A stretch of 64,000 nucleotides of DNA from an uncultured Alphaproteobacteria bacterium (GCA_951812775.1 OX638326.1:216151-280150); one strand, 5' to 3'; positions 21,204 to 31,600 are shown, counted from the first letter of the stretch. Translations and numbers: made by a program. The notes: generated by a model not told the origin, from the letters alone.

Positions 21204-22017
21204 ACTGCCAAGCTACCCGGCCTGAGCGCGCGCCCCGGGTAACGGACCATTCGATAGCTTCCGCATGAAGCTGTTCTTTGTCGAAATCCAGGCCGAACTC
21301 TTCAGCATAGCCTTCGATGATCTCAAAATAAGTATCCTGATCGCAATTGTGGAAACCAAGCCATAAACCGAACCGGTCAGAAAGGGAGACCTTTTCTTCG
21401 ACAGCTTCCGCCGGATTGATCGCCGTAGAACGTTCATTTTCAATCATATCGCGCGGCATGAGATGGCGACGATTAGAGGTTGCGTAAAAAAGAACATTGT
21501 CCGGGCGTCCCTCAAGACCGCCTTCGAGCAGCGCTTTCAGTGATTTGTAGGTGTCATCCTGGCCATCGAAAGAAAGATCGTCGCAAAACAGAATAAACCG
21601 GTAGTCAGCGGATTCCCGCAGGATCGGCAGTAGCTGTGTTAGAGATGAAATGTCTTCACGATGAATTTCGATTAGGACTAATTCGTTTATTTCATCATTA
21701 ACGGCACAATGCGCGGCTTTTACGAGAGAGCTCTTGCCGGTACCGCGCGCACCCCAAAGAAGCGCATTATTCGCCGGATAGCCTCGCGCAAACCGCGTTG
21801 TGTTATCGACCAAAGTGTCTCGCGATAAATCAATACCTTTCAACAGCTTGATTGGAACCCGATTGACCTTTTCGACCGGGATTAAAACCTGCTCGTCGGC
21901 ATTCCAGACAAAGGCGGAGGCCGTGTTGAAATCCGGTGCCTTTGTTGCCGATGGATGGATTTTTTCTAGAACATCGGCAATACGGCGGAGAAGGGGAGTA
22001 AGCTCTGAATCGGACAT
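21160..22017 (-). CDS. DUF815-family AAA ATPase
   Basis: It has a Walker A motif (LLWGARGTGKSSLVKA) in the context typical of DUF815 proteins. It lies divergently upstream of yajC-secDF. Confidence 0.8.
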   Translation of the reverse strand: MSDSELTPLLRRIADVLEKIHPSATKAPDFNTASAFVWNADEQVLIPVEKVNRVPIKLLKGIDLSRDTLVDNTTRFARGYPANNALLWGARGTGKSSLVKAAHCAVNDEINELVLIEIHREDISSLTQLLPILRESADYRFILFCDDLSFDGQDDTYKSLKALLEGGLEGRPDNVLFYATSNRRHLMPRDMIENERSTAINPAEAVEEKVSLSDRFGLWLGFHNCDQDTYFEIIEGYAEEFGLDFDKEQLHAEAIEWSVTRGARSGRVAWQFIQDLAGRLEKQIP

Positions 22018-22189
22018 GCCGCCAGTTCTTCAATGGTGTACAAAAGTGCGCGGGACACTATCATACGCGGAAAACGCGTCAATCCTGTTATATTTCAATA
22101 ATTTCAGGTCGGCTATTCAACGCATTTGCAACCTGTAAAGAGGGCTATATAGTCCGGCAACTTTCGATCCGAGAAAAAAGGAGACCCGG

Positions 22190-22555
22190 ATGTTAATTTT
22201 ACCAGCCTACGCTCAATCCGCGGACAGCGGCATGGGCGGTTTTGAATCGCTGTTGCCCCTAATTCTGATTTTTGTTGTTTTTTACTTTTTGCTTATTCGC
22301 CCTCAGCAAAAGAAACAAAAGCAACATCGCGAGATGCTGGAAGCCCTACGTCGCGGCGATAGAGTTGTCACCGCGGGTGGTATCGTCGGGAACATTACAA
22401 AAGCAACTGAATCTGAGCTGACCGTTGAAATTGCAGACGGTGTTAAGGTGAAGGTTATGCGAGGCATGATCAGTGACGTATTGGCTAAAACTGAAGCACG
22501 CGACGCTGCCAATGATGACGATGAAGAAGACGACGACAAAAAAGACGAGAAATAG
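22190..22555 (+). CDS. yajC: Preprotein translocase subunit YajC
   Basis: LLPLILIFVVFYFLLIRPQQKKQKQHREMLEALRRGDRVVTAGGIVG is the canonical YajC sequence pattern. Confidence 0.93.
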   Translation: MLILPAYAQSADSGMGGFESLLPLILIFVVFYFLLIRPQQKKQKQHREMLEALRRGDRVVTAGGIVGNITKATESELTVEIADGVKVKVMRGMISDVLAKTEARDAANDDDEEDDDKKDEK

Positions 22556-22606
22556 TTTCAGTTAGCCCTATATATAGACAAATCATTGCTTCGGTAGGTC
22601 GGCCAC

Positions 22607-24178
22607 ATGGTCCAAATAAGTAAATGGAAAGTAATTTTCGTGCTCGCAATTTGTGGGCTTGGTATTTTATTGGCGTCTCCAAATGTCGTCTCGCCAGAAA
22701 AAGTTCACACCATTCCATCGTGGCTGCCGAATAAACAAATGAATTTGGGCCTTGATCTCCGTGGCGGCGCTCATCTGTTAATTGAAGCCAAGGTCGATGA
22801 AGCGCTTAAGGAAGGCTTACAAAGCCTGCGGCAAGGTGCACGGAGTTCTCTCCGCCGTTCTCCTTCTATCGGATATACGGGTTTGGGGCTCATCCGAAAT
22901 GGTATCACCGTTACCGTCAGAAACGAAAAGGACCGGACGGAAACACGTCGCCGGCTCTTGGAGCTGGGTAACGAGATGTTGCTGGAACGCAATGAAAATA
23001 CCTACACACTAAGGTTTACGGATACGCAATTGCGGGAGCGCCGTGCTAATATTCTCGAACAAGCCATGACTATTTTGGGTCTACGGATCGACCCAGATGG
23101 CGTAAAAGAAGCGACACTACAACGGCAGGGCGCAGATCGAATACTTCTTCAAGTCCCTGGTGCAGACCCGGAGCGGTTGAAAAAACTTATCGGTCAAACA
23201 GCAAAAATGACTTTCCATCTGGTTGATCCGGAGATTTCAACCCTGGATCCAAGGCGCCGTGTACGGCCCGGCACGATGGTCTTAAAAAGCAAAGACGAAG
23301 TCGACGCCGCGGGACAGCCGGTATATTACCTTGTCAAGAAACGGGTAGAAGTGAGCGGTGAGAATCTGGTGGATTCCCAGCCGACTGTTGAACAAGGAAG
23401 ACCCGTCGTCAGTTTCCGATTTGATCCGATCGGCGCCCGCCGATTTGGTAATACGACGAAACGCAATGTTGATAAGCCGTTCGCAATTGTCCTGGACAAA
23501 GAGGTCATTAGTGCCCCGGTTATCCGAGAACCTATTCTTGGTGGTAATGGGATCATCAGCGGTAATTTTACAACAGAATCCGCACGAGATCTTGCGCTAC
23601 TCCTGAGAAGTGGTGCTTTACCGGTGCCTCTAACAGTCATTGAAGAACGGTCTGTTGGTCCAACGCTTGGTACAGATAATATCAATGCTGGTAAAATCGC
23701 GAGTATTTTCGGCCTGATTGCTGTCGCTGTCTTTATGGTACTGGTCTACGGTGGTTTTGGAGCGATGGCTGTCGTTGCGTTAGCCTTAAATCTCATTCTG
23801 ATCGCCGCTGGATTGTCGTTGCTGCAAGCCACTTTGACGTTGCCGGGTATTGCAGGAATCGTTTTGACGATAGGTATGGCGGTAGATGCCAACGTTCTAG
23901 TTTTTGAACGAATACGTGAGGAACAGCGTGCAGGGCGAACGCCCATCTCAGCAGTCGATGCCGGTTATTCCCGCGCCCTTACAACAATCATTGATGCCAA
24001 TCTGACGACTTTTATTGCCGCTCTGTTGCTTTACATGTTTGGCTCAGGACCGGTTAAAGGTTTTGCAGTAACACTTGCCATCGGGCTTTGTACGTCAATG
24101 TTCTCCGCCCTCATGGTTACGCGTTTAATGGTTGTCGCATGGCTCCGCAAACGCCGCCCGCAAGTTTTGCCGTTATAA
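22607..24178 (+). CDS. secD: Protein translocase subunit SecD
   Basis: LGLDLRGGAHLL, the periplasmic domain and a C-terminal 6-TM region with GIAGIVLTIGMAVDANVLVFERIREE are present. Confidence 0.95.
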   Translation: MVQISKWKVIFVLAICGLGILLASPNVVSPEKVHTIPSWLPNKQMNLGLDLRGGAHLLIEAKVDEALKEGLQSLRQGARSSLRRSPSIGYTGLGLIRNGITVTVRNEKDRTETRRRLLELGNEMLLERNENTYTLRFTDTQLRERRANILEQAMTILGLRIDPDGVKEATLQRQGADRILLQVPGADPERLKKLIGQTAKMTFHLVDPEISTLDPRRRVRPGTMVLKSKDEVDAAGQPVYYLVKKRVEVSGENLVDSQPTVEQGRPVVSFRFDPIGARRFGNTTKRNVDKPFAIVLDKEVISAPVIREPILGGNGIISGNFTTESARDLALLLRSGALPVPLTVIEERSVGPTLGTDNINAGKIASIFGLIAVAVFMVLVYGGFGAMAVVALALNLILIAAGLSLLQATLTLPGIAGIVLTIGMAVDANVLVFERIREEQRAGRTPISAVDAGYSRALTTIIDANLTTFIAALLLYMFGSGPVKGFAVTLAIGLCTSMFSALMVTRLMVVAWLRKRRPQVLPL

Positions 24179-24197
24179 CCGGGATTAGGAAAAGAAC

Positions 24198-25133
24198 ATG
24201 AAAATTATAAATCTTATTCCCGTCGGAACTAAAATCAGGTTTTTGGCAATTCGCAGAGTTGCCATTATGGCCTCCCTGGCTCTGTGTATTGGTTCGCTTG
24301 GCCTACTCGCAACTAAAGGTCTTAATTTTGGTATCGATTTTAGAGGTGGCATCCTTCTTGAAATAAGAACAGCTCAACCGGCTGATCTTTCCTCCATCCG
24401 CTCTAACCTCGGATCTCTCGGGCTTGGTGAAGTACAATTACAGCTTTTCGGTAAGGAAACGGATGTTTTGATCCGGATTGAGAGCCAACCTGGCGGAGAA
24501 AAAGGTCAGGCCCTTGCGGTTGAAAAGGTTAAAAAAGCATTAGGTCCAACAGTTGATTATCGACGTACCGAGTTTGTCGGACCGAAAGTGTCCGGGGAGC
24601 TCATAGAAGCCGGTGTGACAGCGGTGATCTTAGCCCTCATTGCCATGCTGATGTATATCTGGTTCCGTTTTGAATGGCAGTTTGGTATCGGCGCTGTCGC
24701 TGCCCTCGGACATGACGTGATCATGACGATTGGTGTCTTTTCGCTACTTGGCCTTGAATTCAACCTCTCAACTATCGCGGCCATCCTGACAATCGCCGGT
24801 TATTCGATCAATGATACCGTGGTCGTTTATGACCGCGTCCGGGAGAATCTGCGGAAATATAAGGTTCGTCCGCTTGAAGATGTTCTGGACATGAGCCTCA
24901 ATGACACTCTTTCACGTACATTGTTGACTAGTATTACAACGTTGATTGCGTTGTTGATCCTGTATTTCTATGGCGGCGAGGTTATCAAGGGCTTCAGTTT
25001 TGCCATGATTTGGGGTGTTCTGGTTGGGACTTATTCTTCTATCTACGTCGCAACACCGCTTCTGGTACATATGAACCTCCGGGCATCTGCTGTAGCCCTT
25101 CCTGATGAGGATGACGCGACGGCGCAACCGTAG
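24198..25133 (+). CDS. secF: Protein translocase subunit SecF
   Basis: LNFGIDFRGG, HDVIMTIGVFSLLGLEFNLSTIAAILTIAGYSINDTVVVYDRVREN are present. Confidence 0.95.
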   Translation: MKIINLIPVGTKIRFLAIRRVAIMASLALCIGSLGLLATKGLNFGIDFRGGILLEIRTAQPADLSSIRSNLGSLGLGEVQLQLFGKETDVLIRIESQPGGEKGQALAVEKVKKALGPTVDYRRTEFVGPKVSGELIEAGVTAVILALIAMLMYIWFRFEWQFGIGAVAALGHDVIMTIGVFSLLGLEFNLSTIAAILTIAGYSINDTVVVYDRVRENLRKYKVRPLEDVLDMSLNDTLSRTLLTSITTLIALLILYFYGGEVIKGFSFAMIWGVLVGTYSSIYVATPLLVHMNLRASAVALPDEDDATAQP

Positions 25134-25147
25134 GAGCGAGCGTCCCG

Positions 25148-25525
25148 ATGGCCGACATTACGCCGCCGGTTTCCACTGAACACCAAATGATCCAAGGATA
25201 TGGTGATGGTGGCTTCCGCATCGCGGGCGAGGCCTATGTAGGTTCTGTCATCGTAACCGCGTTAAAGACAAGCACATGGACCGCAACTTCTGTTGACGCA
25301 ATTGATATTGAAGAGTTACTGACAACATTGAAGCGCGTCCCTGATCTAACTGTACTGTTGTTAGGAACAGGACCCTCTATGGTTCCACCAGTACCGAAAT
25401 TGCGTTCGAAGCTCCGTGAAATCGGTATAGGACTGGAATTCATGGATACAGGAGCAGCTTGCCGGACATTCAATGTCCTACTGGCCGAAGAACGATCCGC
25501 TGCTGCCGCGTTAATCGCCGCATAA
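25148..25525 (+). CDS. Mth938-like (DUF498) domain protein, bacterial counterpart of NDUFAF3
   Basis: The 125-aa protein has IQGYGDGGFRIAGEAYVGSVIV...LLLGTG... and sits immediately downstream of secF, as is usual in alphaproteobacteria. Confidence 0.75.
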   Translation: MADITPPVSTEHQMIQGYGDGGFRIAGEAYVGSVIVTALKTSTWTATSVDAIDIEELLTTLKRVPDLTVLLLGTGPSMVPPVPKLRSKLREIGIGLEFMDTGAACRTFNVLLAEERSAAAALIAA

Positions 25526-25555
25526 AAAAACGGGGAGCCGAAGCCCCCCGTTTAA
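25524..25555. terminator. Bidirectional intrinsic-terminator-like hairpin between convergent genes
   Basis: AAAAAAA-CGGGGAGC-CGAA-GCCCCCCG-TTTAA. The GC-rich stem (one A.C mismatch) is flanked by an A-run and a T-run, and lies between the Mth938 gene (+) and the membrane protein gene (-). Confidence 0.6.
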
Positions 25556-25575
25556 TCCTTAGATGAATATCCTGA

Positions 25576-26184
25576 TTAGAAGATATTCTGTGCCGATACC
25601 ATGCAATAAAGCATCGGGATCGACAGCATTGTATTGGTCCGTGAGAACAACATCGCTTTGCGACCTGCCGCGGGTTTCGCCGCGTCATCGGCCTCAACCA
25701 TACCCAGCGCGATTTGCTGTGCTGGCCAGATGATGAACCAAACATTGAACCACATGATTGCACCGAGCCACATGCCAATGCCGATAGCAGAAGCTTTAGC
25801 TGTACCACCAGCCATAAGACCGATCGTAAGCGCATCTACCAGATAGCCATTGAGCCAGGCCAGGATAAGGCCGGTGACGATGGTCGACATCGCTGCCCAA
25901 CGGAACCAGAAAAGAGCTTCCGGCGCGATAACCTTGGTAATCGCGGGTTTTTGGTCATCCGGAATATTCGGCATATTCGGGATCTGTACGAAGTTGAAAT
26001 AGTACAGAATACCAATCCACATTATGCCGGAAAGAACATGCAGCCAGCGGAAGAAAAACGCCCACCAACCAGTGTCATTAGCAAATCCACCATCATGCCA
26101 TTGCATCATGACAAGGACGAATACAATCGCTAGAACAAAACCAGCGATAATTGTGTTATTGAGATTTGAAAGAATTTTTGCCAT
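25576..26184 (-). CDS. Integral membrane protein resembling the N-terminal membrane domain of urate hydroxylase PuuD / HemJ-type proteins
   Basis: It has five predicted TM helices. The motif FFRWLHVLSGIMWIGILYYFNF resembles the RW(L/I)HV..ai.WIG motif of PuuD-type proteins. The functional call is tentative. Confidence 0.4.
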   Translation of the reverse strand: MAKILSNLNNTIIAGFVLAIVFVLVMMQWHDGGFANDTGWWAFFFRWLHVLSGIMWIGILYYFNFVQIPNMPNIPDDQKPAITKVIAPEALFWFRWAAMSTIVTGLILAWLNGYLVDALTIGLMAGGTAKASAIGIGMWLGAIMWFNVWFIIWPAQQIALGMVEADDAAKPAAGRKAMLFSRTNTMLSIPMLYCMVSAQNIF

Positions 26185-26337
26185 TTCCTACACCCCCTTT
26201 GCGTAGAGAACTCGAATACTACAACCACATAACTTCGTGGAACCGCTTATTTTTATAGCATTTTGCAGGAATCGTCGAAACCCTGAGAAAAGACTCACCT
26301 TATCGGCGCTTGATCACGCATGACTATCTTCAAATAT

Positions 26338-27615
26338 TCACGGATCGTCAGGAACTTTTGTCATGCGCCTGATCGCCAACCGTGCGGCGCGGCGTCCTGA
26401 TTTTATACTACCTTCAATCGTTGCCGGGAGCCCGGTATTGGTCCAATCTCCTGCAACAAACAGGTTGTTGAGCGACGTCGTCGCTCCTGGACGCCCAGCC
26501 AATACCGCTGGCGTTTGCGCAATTGTGGCCCGGCGTTCTTTGATTACCCGCCATGGCGGCAGACGCCCCATATTGCGGCCAAGGATTTTCGTGATTTCCG
26601 ACCATAAATGATTGGCAATTTCCCAATTTGGTTTATCGACATGATCAGAGGCGGCACTAATGGTAATTGATAAAACGTTCTCCCGCGAAAATATCCACTG
26701 TGAATCCGTTCCGATAAGGCCCAGAAAAGGAAGGCCTCCAGGAAGTTCTATTGGTTCTCGAACCCTAAAATGAACATTTACGATTGGTAAGGTTTCAACA
26801 GGTGGATTTGTATCCGGCCACAGTTCTGCACAAACATCCGGCGGAACAGCCAACACGACTGCATCCTCATTCTCAACGCGAAGAAGCCCCTCGGGAAATC
26901 TCATCGCGAGGACGACATCGTTCTGCCAGCGAAGCCCACGCAAACGTGCCTGAAAGCGAATATCCGCGCCCTTATTTTCTAAAAAGGTAAGTGCGGGACT
27001 AACCAAAGCCGCCGATAACCCTTTCTCAAAAATCATCGGACGACAGGCGGCTTCTCCTTTGAGAAAACTGAGTTTGATTACTTTCCAGAGCAGTTGGGCA
27101 GAGGCAACATCTGCATCGGTATTTAAGACCGCGCGACAGATCGGTTGCCACAATCGATCATAAAGCGGATCGTCCTGGCCAATAATCTGACCAACTGTGT
27201 CTTCCTTTTTGGCCCGCGATAGTTTGAACGCTTTTGCATAATCGACTGGGTTGGTTCCCGGCACACGGCGTCCCGGGGTCAGCAACCACAAGGAGAAATA
27301 CGGCGAACCCGGTTTAATCTGCCATTGCTGACCAGTGTCCGGTTCCAGAAACGGAAAGGTTGCTGGTGCGATCTCTGTGACGAGCTCTTTCGAACCTATT
27401 TGTTCCAGATAATTCTTTGTCGCGTCATTGGCGCCAATCAACATATGGCTGCCATTGTCGATCATGCAGCCAAGACCTTCGTCCTGAAAGGATCGACATC
27501 GTCCACCTGCCTGTAGCGACGCTTCATAAATTGCAACAGAATGCCCCGCTCGGGCGCACTGAACCGCACAGGAAAGTCCCGCCATACCGGCACCGATAAC
27601 ATGTACTGTTCTCAT
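26338..27615 (-). CDS. hpnE: FAD-dependent hydroxysqualene dehydroxylase-like oxidoreductase (HpnE-like)
   Basis: MRTVHVIGAGMAGLSCAVQCARAGHSVAIYEASLQAGGRCRSFQDEGLGCMIDNGSHML matches the HpnE pattern (GxGxxG, GGRCRS, IDNG.H). The ATG at 27615 overlaps the stop of the upstream gene (TAATG). Confidence 0.75.
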   Translation of the reverse strand: MRTVHVIGAGMAGLSCAVQCARAGHSVAIYEASLQAGGRCRSFQDEGLGCMIDNGSHMLIGANDATKNYLEQIGSKELVTEIAPATFPFLEPDTGQQWQIKPGSPYFSLWLLTPGRRVPGTNPVDYAKAFKLSRAKKEDTVGQIIGQDDPLYDRLWQPICRAVLNTDADVASAQLLWKVIKLSFLKGEAACRPMIFEKGLSAALVSPALTFLENKGADIRFQARLRGLRWQNDVVLAMRFPEGLLRVENEDAVVLAVPPDVCAELWPDTNPPVETLPIVNVHFRVREPIELPGGLPFLGLIGTDSQWIFSRENVLSITISAASDHVDKPNWEIANHLWSEITKILGRNMGRLPPWRVIKERRATIAQTPAVLAGRPGATTSLNNLFVAGDWTNTGLPATIEGSIKSGRRAARLAIRRMTKVPDDP

Positions 27616-28463
27616 TATCCTGTAACCAACCCTCGCCAAATGCCCATAAGCGCACATGAAGCTTTCTGAATTTTGTTCAATTCTACGCGCTCTGCCACAG
27701 GGTCGTATCTTCTTAATTTCTTTGACAGCTTTTCTGCTATTGCGACGATTACTGCCGTTTCCAATCTTAAACCGCGATGAGATATCAGCTTCGGTCCGTT
27801 TCGCGCATGTTTGAGAAGTTCGTCCGTGCGATCAAGAACAGCGTCCAGGACAGCCCGCAACTCAGCACTCGAGCGAACAGAATCTAACGCTGAGACATCA
27901 ATGTTCTGAGCTTTCAGCATATCCTCGGGGATATAAACACGGTTAATTTCTAAATAATCATCCTTACAATCCTGTAAATGATTGAGAATTTGCAAAGCGA
28001 TGCAAAGCGCGTCTGTTGCTTTCTTGGGGCTGTCATCACAACCATGAAGATCGACCAGGTAGCGTCCGACAGGGGCTGCTGAATACAGGCAATAATTTAT
28101 GAGCTCTGACCAGTTGCGATAACGCTGTTTGGTAACATCCATCCGAAAAGCTTGAAGCAGGTGACGGGCATGTTCGACGGTAACCCCGGTTTTTTCGGCA
28201 CTTTCGACATGTGCGGCCGCATATTGTGTCACCTCATCTGCGGTGTCTTTTCCTTGTAGAGCTTCATCCATGTGCGTTAACAGATCAGTTTTTTCGTCTT
28301 CCGATAAATCCGGGGAGTCAGCAACATCATCAGCAGCCCGAACACAGAGATAAAAGACGTGCACATGGTCACGCAAAGCCGTCGGTATAAGCCAACTCGC
28401 GACAGGAAAGTTTTCATCATTCATGGTCTTTGTTGGCGGTTTTAATGGGGCATTTGTACTCAA
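27615..28463 (-). CDS. hpnC: Squalene/phytoene synthase family enzyme, HpnC-like (hydroxysqualene synthase-like)
   Basis: The ENFPVASWLIP N-terminal motif and both Asp-rich motifs (RAADDVAD; LQDCKDDYLEINRVYIPED) are present. The start is uncertain: TTG at 28463 or ATG at 28424. Confidence 0.72.
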   Translation of the reverse strand: MSTNAPLKPPTKTMNDENFPVASWLIPTALRDHVHVFYLCVRAADDVADSPDLSEDEKTDLLTHMDEALQGKDTADEVTQYAAAHVESAEKTGVTVEHARHLLQAFRMDVTKQRYRNWSELINYCLYSAAPVGRYLVDLHGCDDSPKKATDALCIALQILNHLQDCKDDYLEINRVYIPEDMLKAQNIDVSALDSVRSSAELRAVLDAVLDRTDELLKHARNGPKLISHRGLRLETAVIVAIAEKLSKKLRRYDPVAERVELNKIQKASCALMGIWRGLVTG

Positions 28464-28545
28464 AGAAAAACTTCCGTTCGGGACTTTTAGAATCTGGGTT
28501 AAAAGAAGAACTATATCATAGCGTTAAAAATGAGACATTAGCCCC

Positions 28546-29358
28546 TTGGACGAGTCGTTCGCAGCCCCACAAACTGAAACGTCGCTTGAAAGCGCGGTAG
28601 AGTATTGTGCTCTACAAGTAAGAAGTTTTGATCGTGATCGCTATCTTACGGTGATCGCTTCCCCAAAAGAATTTCGTTCAGCCTTATTCGTTCTCTACGC
28701 TTTCAATCTCGAAATATCCAAAACCCGAGAAACGGTGTCAGAGCCGATGCTCGGCAGAATAAGACTGCAATGGTGGCGCGAAGCAATTGAGGGGATATTT
28801 CAGGGGACACCTCGAAACCATGAGGTGGTTATAGCGCTGGCTTCGATAATTAAAGACTTTTCTCTGAGCCGTGATTTATTCGACGGCATGATCGACGGGC
28901 GAGAATTTGATCTTGAGGAGCGGGCGCCTCAGGACATCCAAGAACTGGAATCCTACGCCAGGTCGACTTCGGGGAACCTTCTTTGCCTGGTTGCAGAGAT
29001 TTCCGGTGCGAATAGTGAGAGAGCGACAAGGTTAGGGACAGCTTGGGCGCTTGTCGGTTTGATGAAGTCAGTTGATTTTCACAGACAGCAACAATGCTGC
29101 TATTTGCCAGGGGTTCCGGTTAGCAAAATTGATACCGAGCAAGCGTCCCAGGCGTTTCAAACTGTCCTAAAACGTTCATCTGAACTCCTAGATATCGAGC
29201 CTACTAAAGAAGATCGGGTGCTACGACTTCATCATTGGATTGTGCGATATGACCTGAAGCAGTTAAAGAAAAGGGGGTTCAGTCCTTTCACTTCAGCTAG
29301 TGCAAATGACTCTTGGCGCCGTTTCAGGATTATCGTCGCTGCTCTCATAGCCAGCTGA
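28546..29358 (+). CDS. Squalene/phytoene synthase family protein lacking the catalytic Asp-rich motifs (NDUFAF6-like)
   Basis: LYAFNLEISKTRETVSEPMLGRIRLQWWREAI is the pattern of the non-catalytic alphaproteobacterial SQS/PSY paralogue. No DDxxD follows YAF. The start is TTG. Confidence 0.7.
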   Translation: MDESFAAPQTETSLESAVEYCALQVRSFDRDRYLTVIASPKEFRSALFVLYAFNLEISKTRETVSEPMLGRIRLQWWREAIEGIFQGTPRNHEVVIALASIIKDFSLSRDLFDGMIDGREFDLEERAPQDIQELESYARSTSGNLLCLVAEISGANSERATRLGTAWALVGLMKSVDFHRQQQCCYLPGVPVSKIDTEQASQAFQTVLKRSSELLDIEPTKEDRVLRLHHWIVRYDLKQLKKRGFSPFTSASANDSWRRFRIIVAALIAS

Positions 29359-30702
29359 TCAATCCGTGGTTTCCAGCCAGCTTTGAAAATCCTCCAAAGC
29401 CCGTTTTGCATAGGCCGCTTTTCGGGCTTTCTTATGGATCCGTTCTTCAAAGGGCGGAAACAGCCCGAAATTCACGTTCATTGGTTGGAATGTTTGTTCG
29501 TCGGCGCCCCCCGTAATGTGGCTAATCAGGGAGCCGATTGCGGTTGTTATGCCGGGCGCCGAGGGTTCCGTTCCAAAGTATTCTGCCGCGGCAAACCGGC
29601 CTGCCATCAGCCCGACCGCGGCGCTTTCAATATACCCTTCACAGCCTGTGATCTGTCCGGCAAATCGAATATGTGGCGCTGCTCTAAGTCTGAGATGCGA
29701 ATCCAGCACTCGTGGTGAGTTCAAAAATGTATTGCGATGGAGCCCACCAAGCCGGGCAAAAGTAGCCTCTTCGAGGCCAGGAATCATTCGGAAGGTACGC
29801 GTTTGCTCGCCATGCTTGAGCTTGGTCTGAAACCCGACAATGTTAAACAAAGTTCCAAGTTTATTATCCTGACGTAGTTGAACCACGGCGAAGGGTTTTT
29901 CAGTTGGATTGTGCGGATTGGTTAGGCCGACCGGTTTCATGGGGCCGTAACACAAGGTCCGGCGTCCCCGCGACGCGATAACCTCGATAGGCAGACAGCC
30001 TTCAAAATAAGGCGTGTTCTCTTCCCATTCCTTGAATTCGGTTTTCTTACCCGCAATCAGGGCATCCAGAAAAGCATCATATTGTTCACCGGTCAGCGGA
30101 CAGTTGATGTAATCAGAGCCGTCTCCTTTGTCATAGCGCGACTGAAACCATGCCTTCTCCATATTGATGGAGTCTTTGTTCACAATCGGGGCGATAGCGT
30201 CAAAGAAGGCGAGGGCTTCTTCTCCTGTTACGGCCTGAATTGCGTCGGCCAACGCCGGGGAGGTTAGGGGACCGGTTGCAATGATCGTCTGTCCCCAGTC
30301 TTCCGGTGGCAAACCAGTGACCTCTTCGCGGCTGAGCCTCACAAGTGGGTGCTGTTCGAGCGTTTCCTGAACGTGTTGAGAAAAGGCATCGCGATCTACA
30401 GCCAGAGCGCCGCCTGCCGGAACCCTATGTTTATCCGCGGCGCTGAGTATAAGAGAGCCAGCGCGGCGCATTTCCTCATGCAGGACCCCAATAGCGCTAC
30501 GTTCCGCGTCATCCGACCGGAACGAGTTCGAACATACCAACTCTGCCAATTTATCTGTGTGATGGGCATCGGTTTTCTGAACCGGACGCATTTCATGCAA
30601 AATGACCGGAATATTTGCATTCACAAGCTGCCAGGTGGCTTCTGAACCCGCCAACCCACCTCCAACAACATGTACTGGTTTGATATCTCTTTCCGTCATC
30701 AC
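29359..30702 (-). CDS. trmFO: Methylenetetrahydrofolate--tRNA-(uracil54-C5)-methyltransferase
   Basis: [30 protein letters not shown] and [19 protein letters not shown] are TrmFO/Gid signatures. Confidence 0.92.
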   Translation of the reverse strand: MMTERDIKPVHVVGGGLAGSEATWQLVNANIPVILHEMRPVQKTDAHHTDKLAELVCSNSFRSDDAERSAIGVLHEEMRRAGSLILSAADKHRVPAGGALAVDRDAFSQHVQETLEQHPLVRLSREEVTGLPPEDWGQTIIATGPLTSPALADAIQAVTGEEALAFFDAIAPIVNKDSINMEKAWFQSRYDKGDGSDYINCPLTGEQYDAFLDALIAGKKTEFKEWEENTPYFEGCLPIEVIASRGRRTLCYGPMKPVGLTNPHNPTEKPFAVVQLRQDNKLGTLFNIVGFQTKLKHGEQTRTFRMIPGLEEATFARLGGLHRNTFLNSPRVLDSHLRLRAAPHIRFAGQITGCEGYIESAAVGLMAGRFAAAEYFGTEPSAPGITTAIGSLISHITGGADEQTFQPMNVNFGLFPPFEERIHKKARKAAYAKRALEDFQSWLETTD

Positions 30703-30790
30703 AAATCTTGGAATCTTTTGACGTTTTAATTTGTCAGTTGATTAGCAGAGTGTGTCCTAAGAGGATATGCAAAACATTTAGAAAGCTATT

Positions 30791-31600
30791 ATGGCAATTT
30801 TCACGACCCTCGACGATCTGGCGCAAGAGATCAAGGATGGCACTCTGATCGTCCTGCCGCCGGATTACAGCAATGTGCCAATCGCGGCGGTATTTGCGTT
30901 GATCAGACGTCGCGTCAAGGGGCTCCATCTCCTGTTTGCGCCAATTGGCGGTATCGCCGGAGATCTGCTCATAGGTGCGGGCTGTGTTAAAACGCTCGAA
31001 GCGGCTGCCATAACTATGGGAGAAGCTGGTCTTGCCCCGAGGTTTTCAGAGGCTGTGCAAACCAACTCAATCAAAATCAAGGATTCTACCTGTCCGGCTA
31101 TCCACACAGCGTTACAGGCATCCGAAAAGGGCGTGCCCTTTATGCCATTGCGGGGATTAATCGGGAGCGACGTTCTCAATAACAGACCCGATTGGCAGGT
31201 CATCACCGATCCATTTGATGAGAACCATGGTCCAATCGTTCTTTTACCGGCCATCCAGCCTGATATCGCTCTAATACATACACGGCTAGCTGATCGCGAG
31301 GGCAATGTCTGGATAGGCAAACGCCGTGAACTCGTCACAATGGCTCACGCTGCGAAGACAACTTTCGTCACTGTTGAAGAAATTCAGGAGGAAAATCTCC
31401 TGGAGGATGAAAGAACGGCTACCGGCACTTTGCCGGATATGTATATCGGGGCAATTGCGCGGGCCAAGAAAGGCTGTTGGCCGCTGGGGCTTGCCGGTCA
31501 TTATGTACCCGACGGAAAGGCAATCACCGAGTATGTTGAGGCGGCAAAGACACAGGCGGGCTTCGAAGAGTGGCTAGAAGCTCATAGCGTGCCCCAATGA
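30791..31600 (+). CDS. CoA-transferase family I, subunit A-like
   Basis: LDDLAQEIKDGTLIVLPP...GDLLIGAGCVKTLEAAAITMGEAGLAPRF fits glutaconate/3-oxoacid CoA-transferase alpha subunits. The gene overlaps its B-subunit partner. Confidence 0.7.
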   Translation: MAIFTTLDDLAQEIKDGTLIVLPPDYSNVPIAAVFALIRRRVKGLHLLFAPIGGIAGDLLIGAGCVKTLEAAAITMGEAGLAPRFSEAVQTNSIKIKDSTCPAIHTALQASEKGVPFMPLRGLIGSDVLNNRPDWQVITDPFDENHGPIVLLPAIQPDIALIHTRLADREGNVWIGKRRELVTMAHAAKTTFVTVEEIQEENLLEDERTATGTLPDMYIGAIARAKKGCWPLGLAGHYVPDGKAITEYVEAAKTQAGFEEWLEAHSVPQ

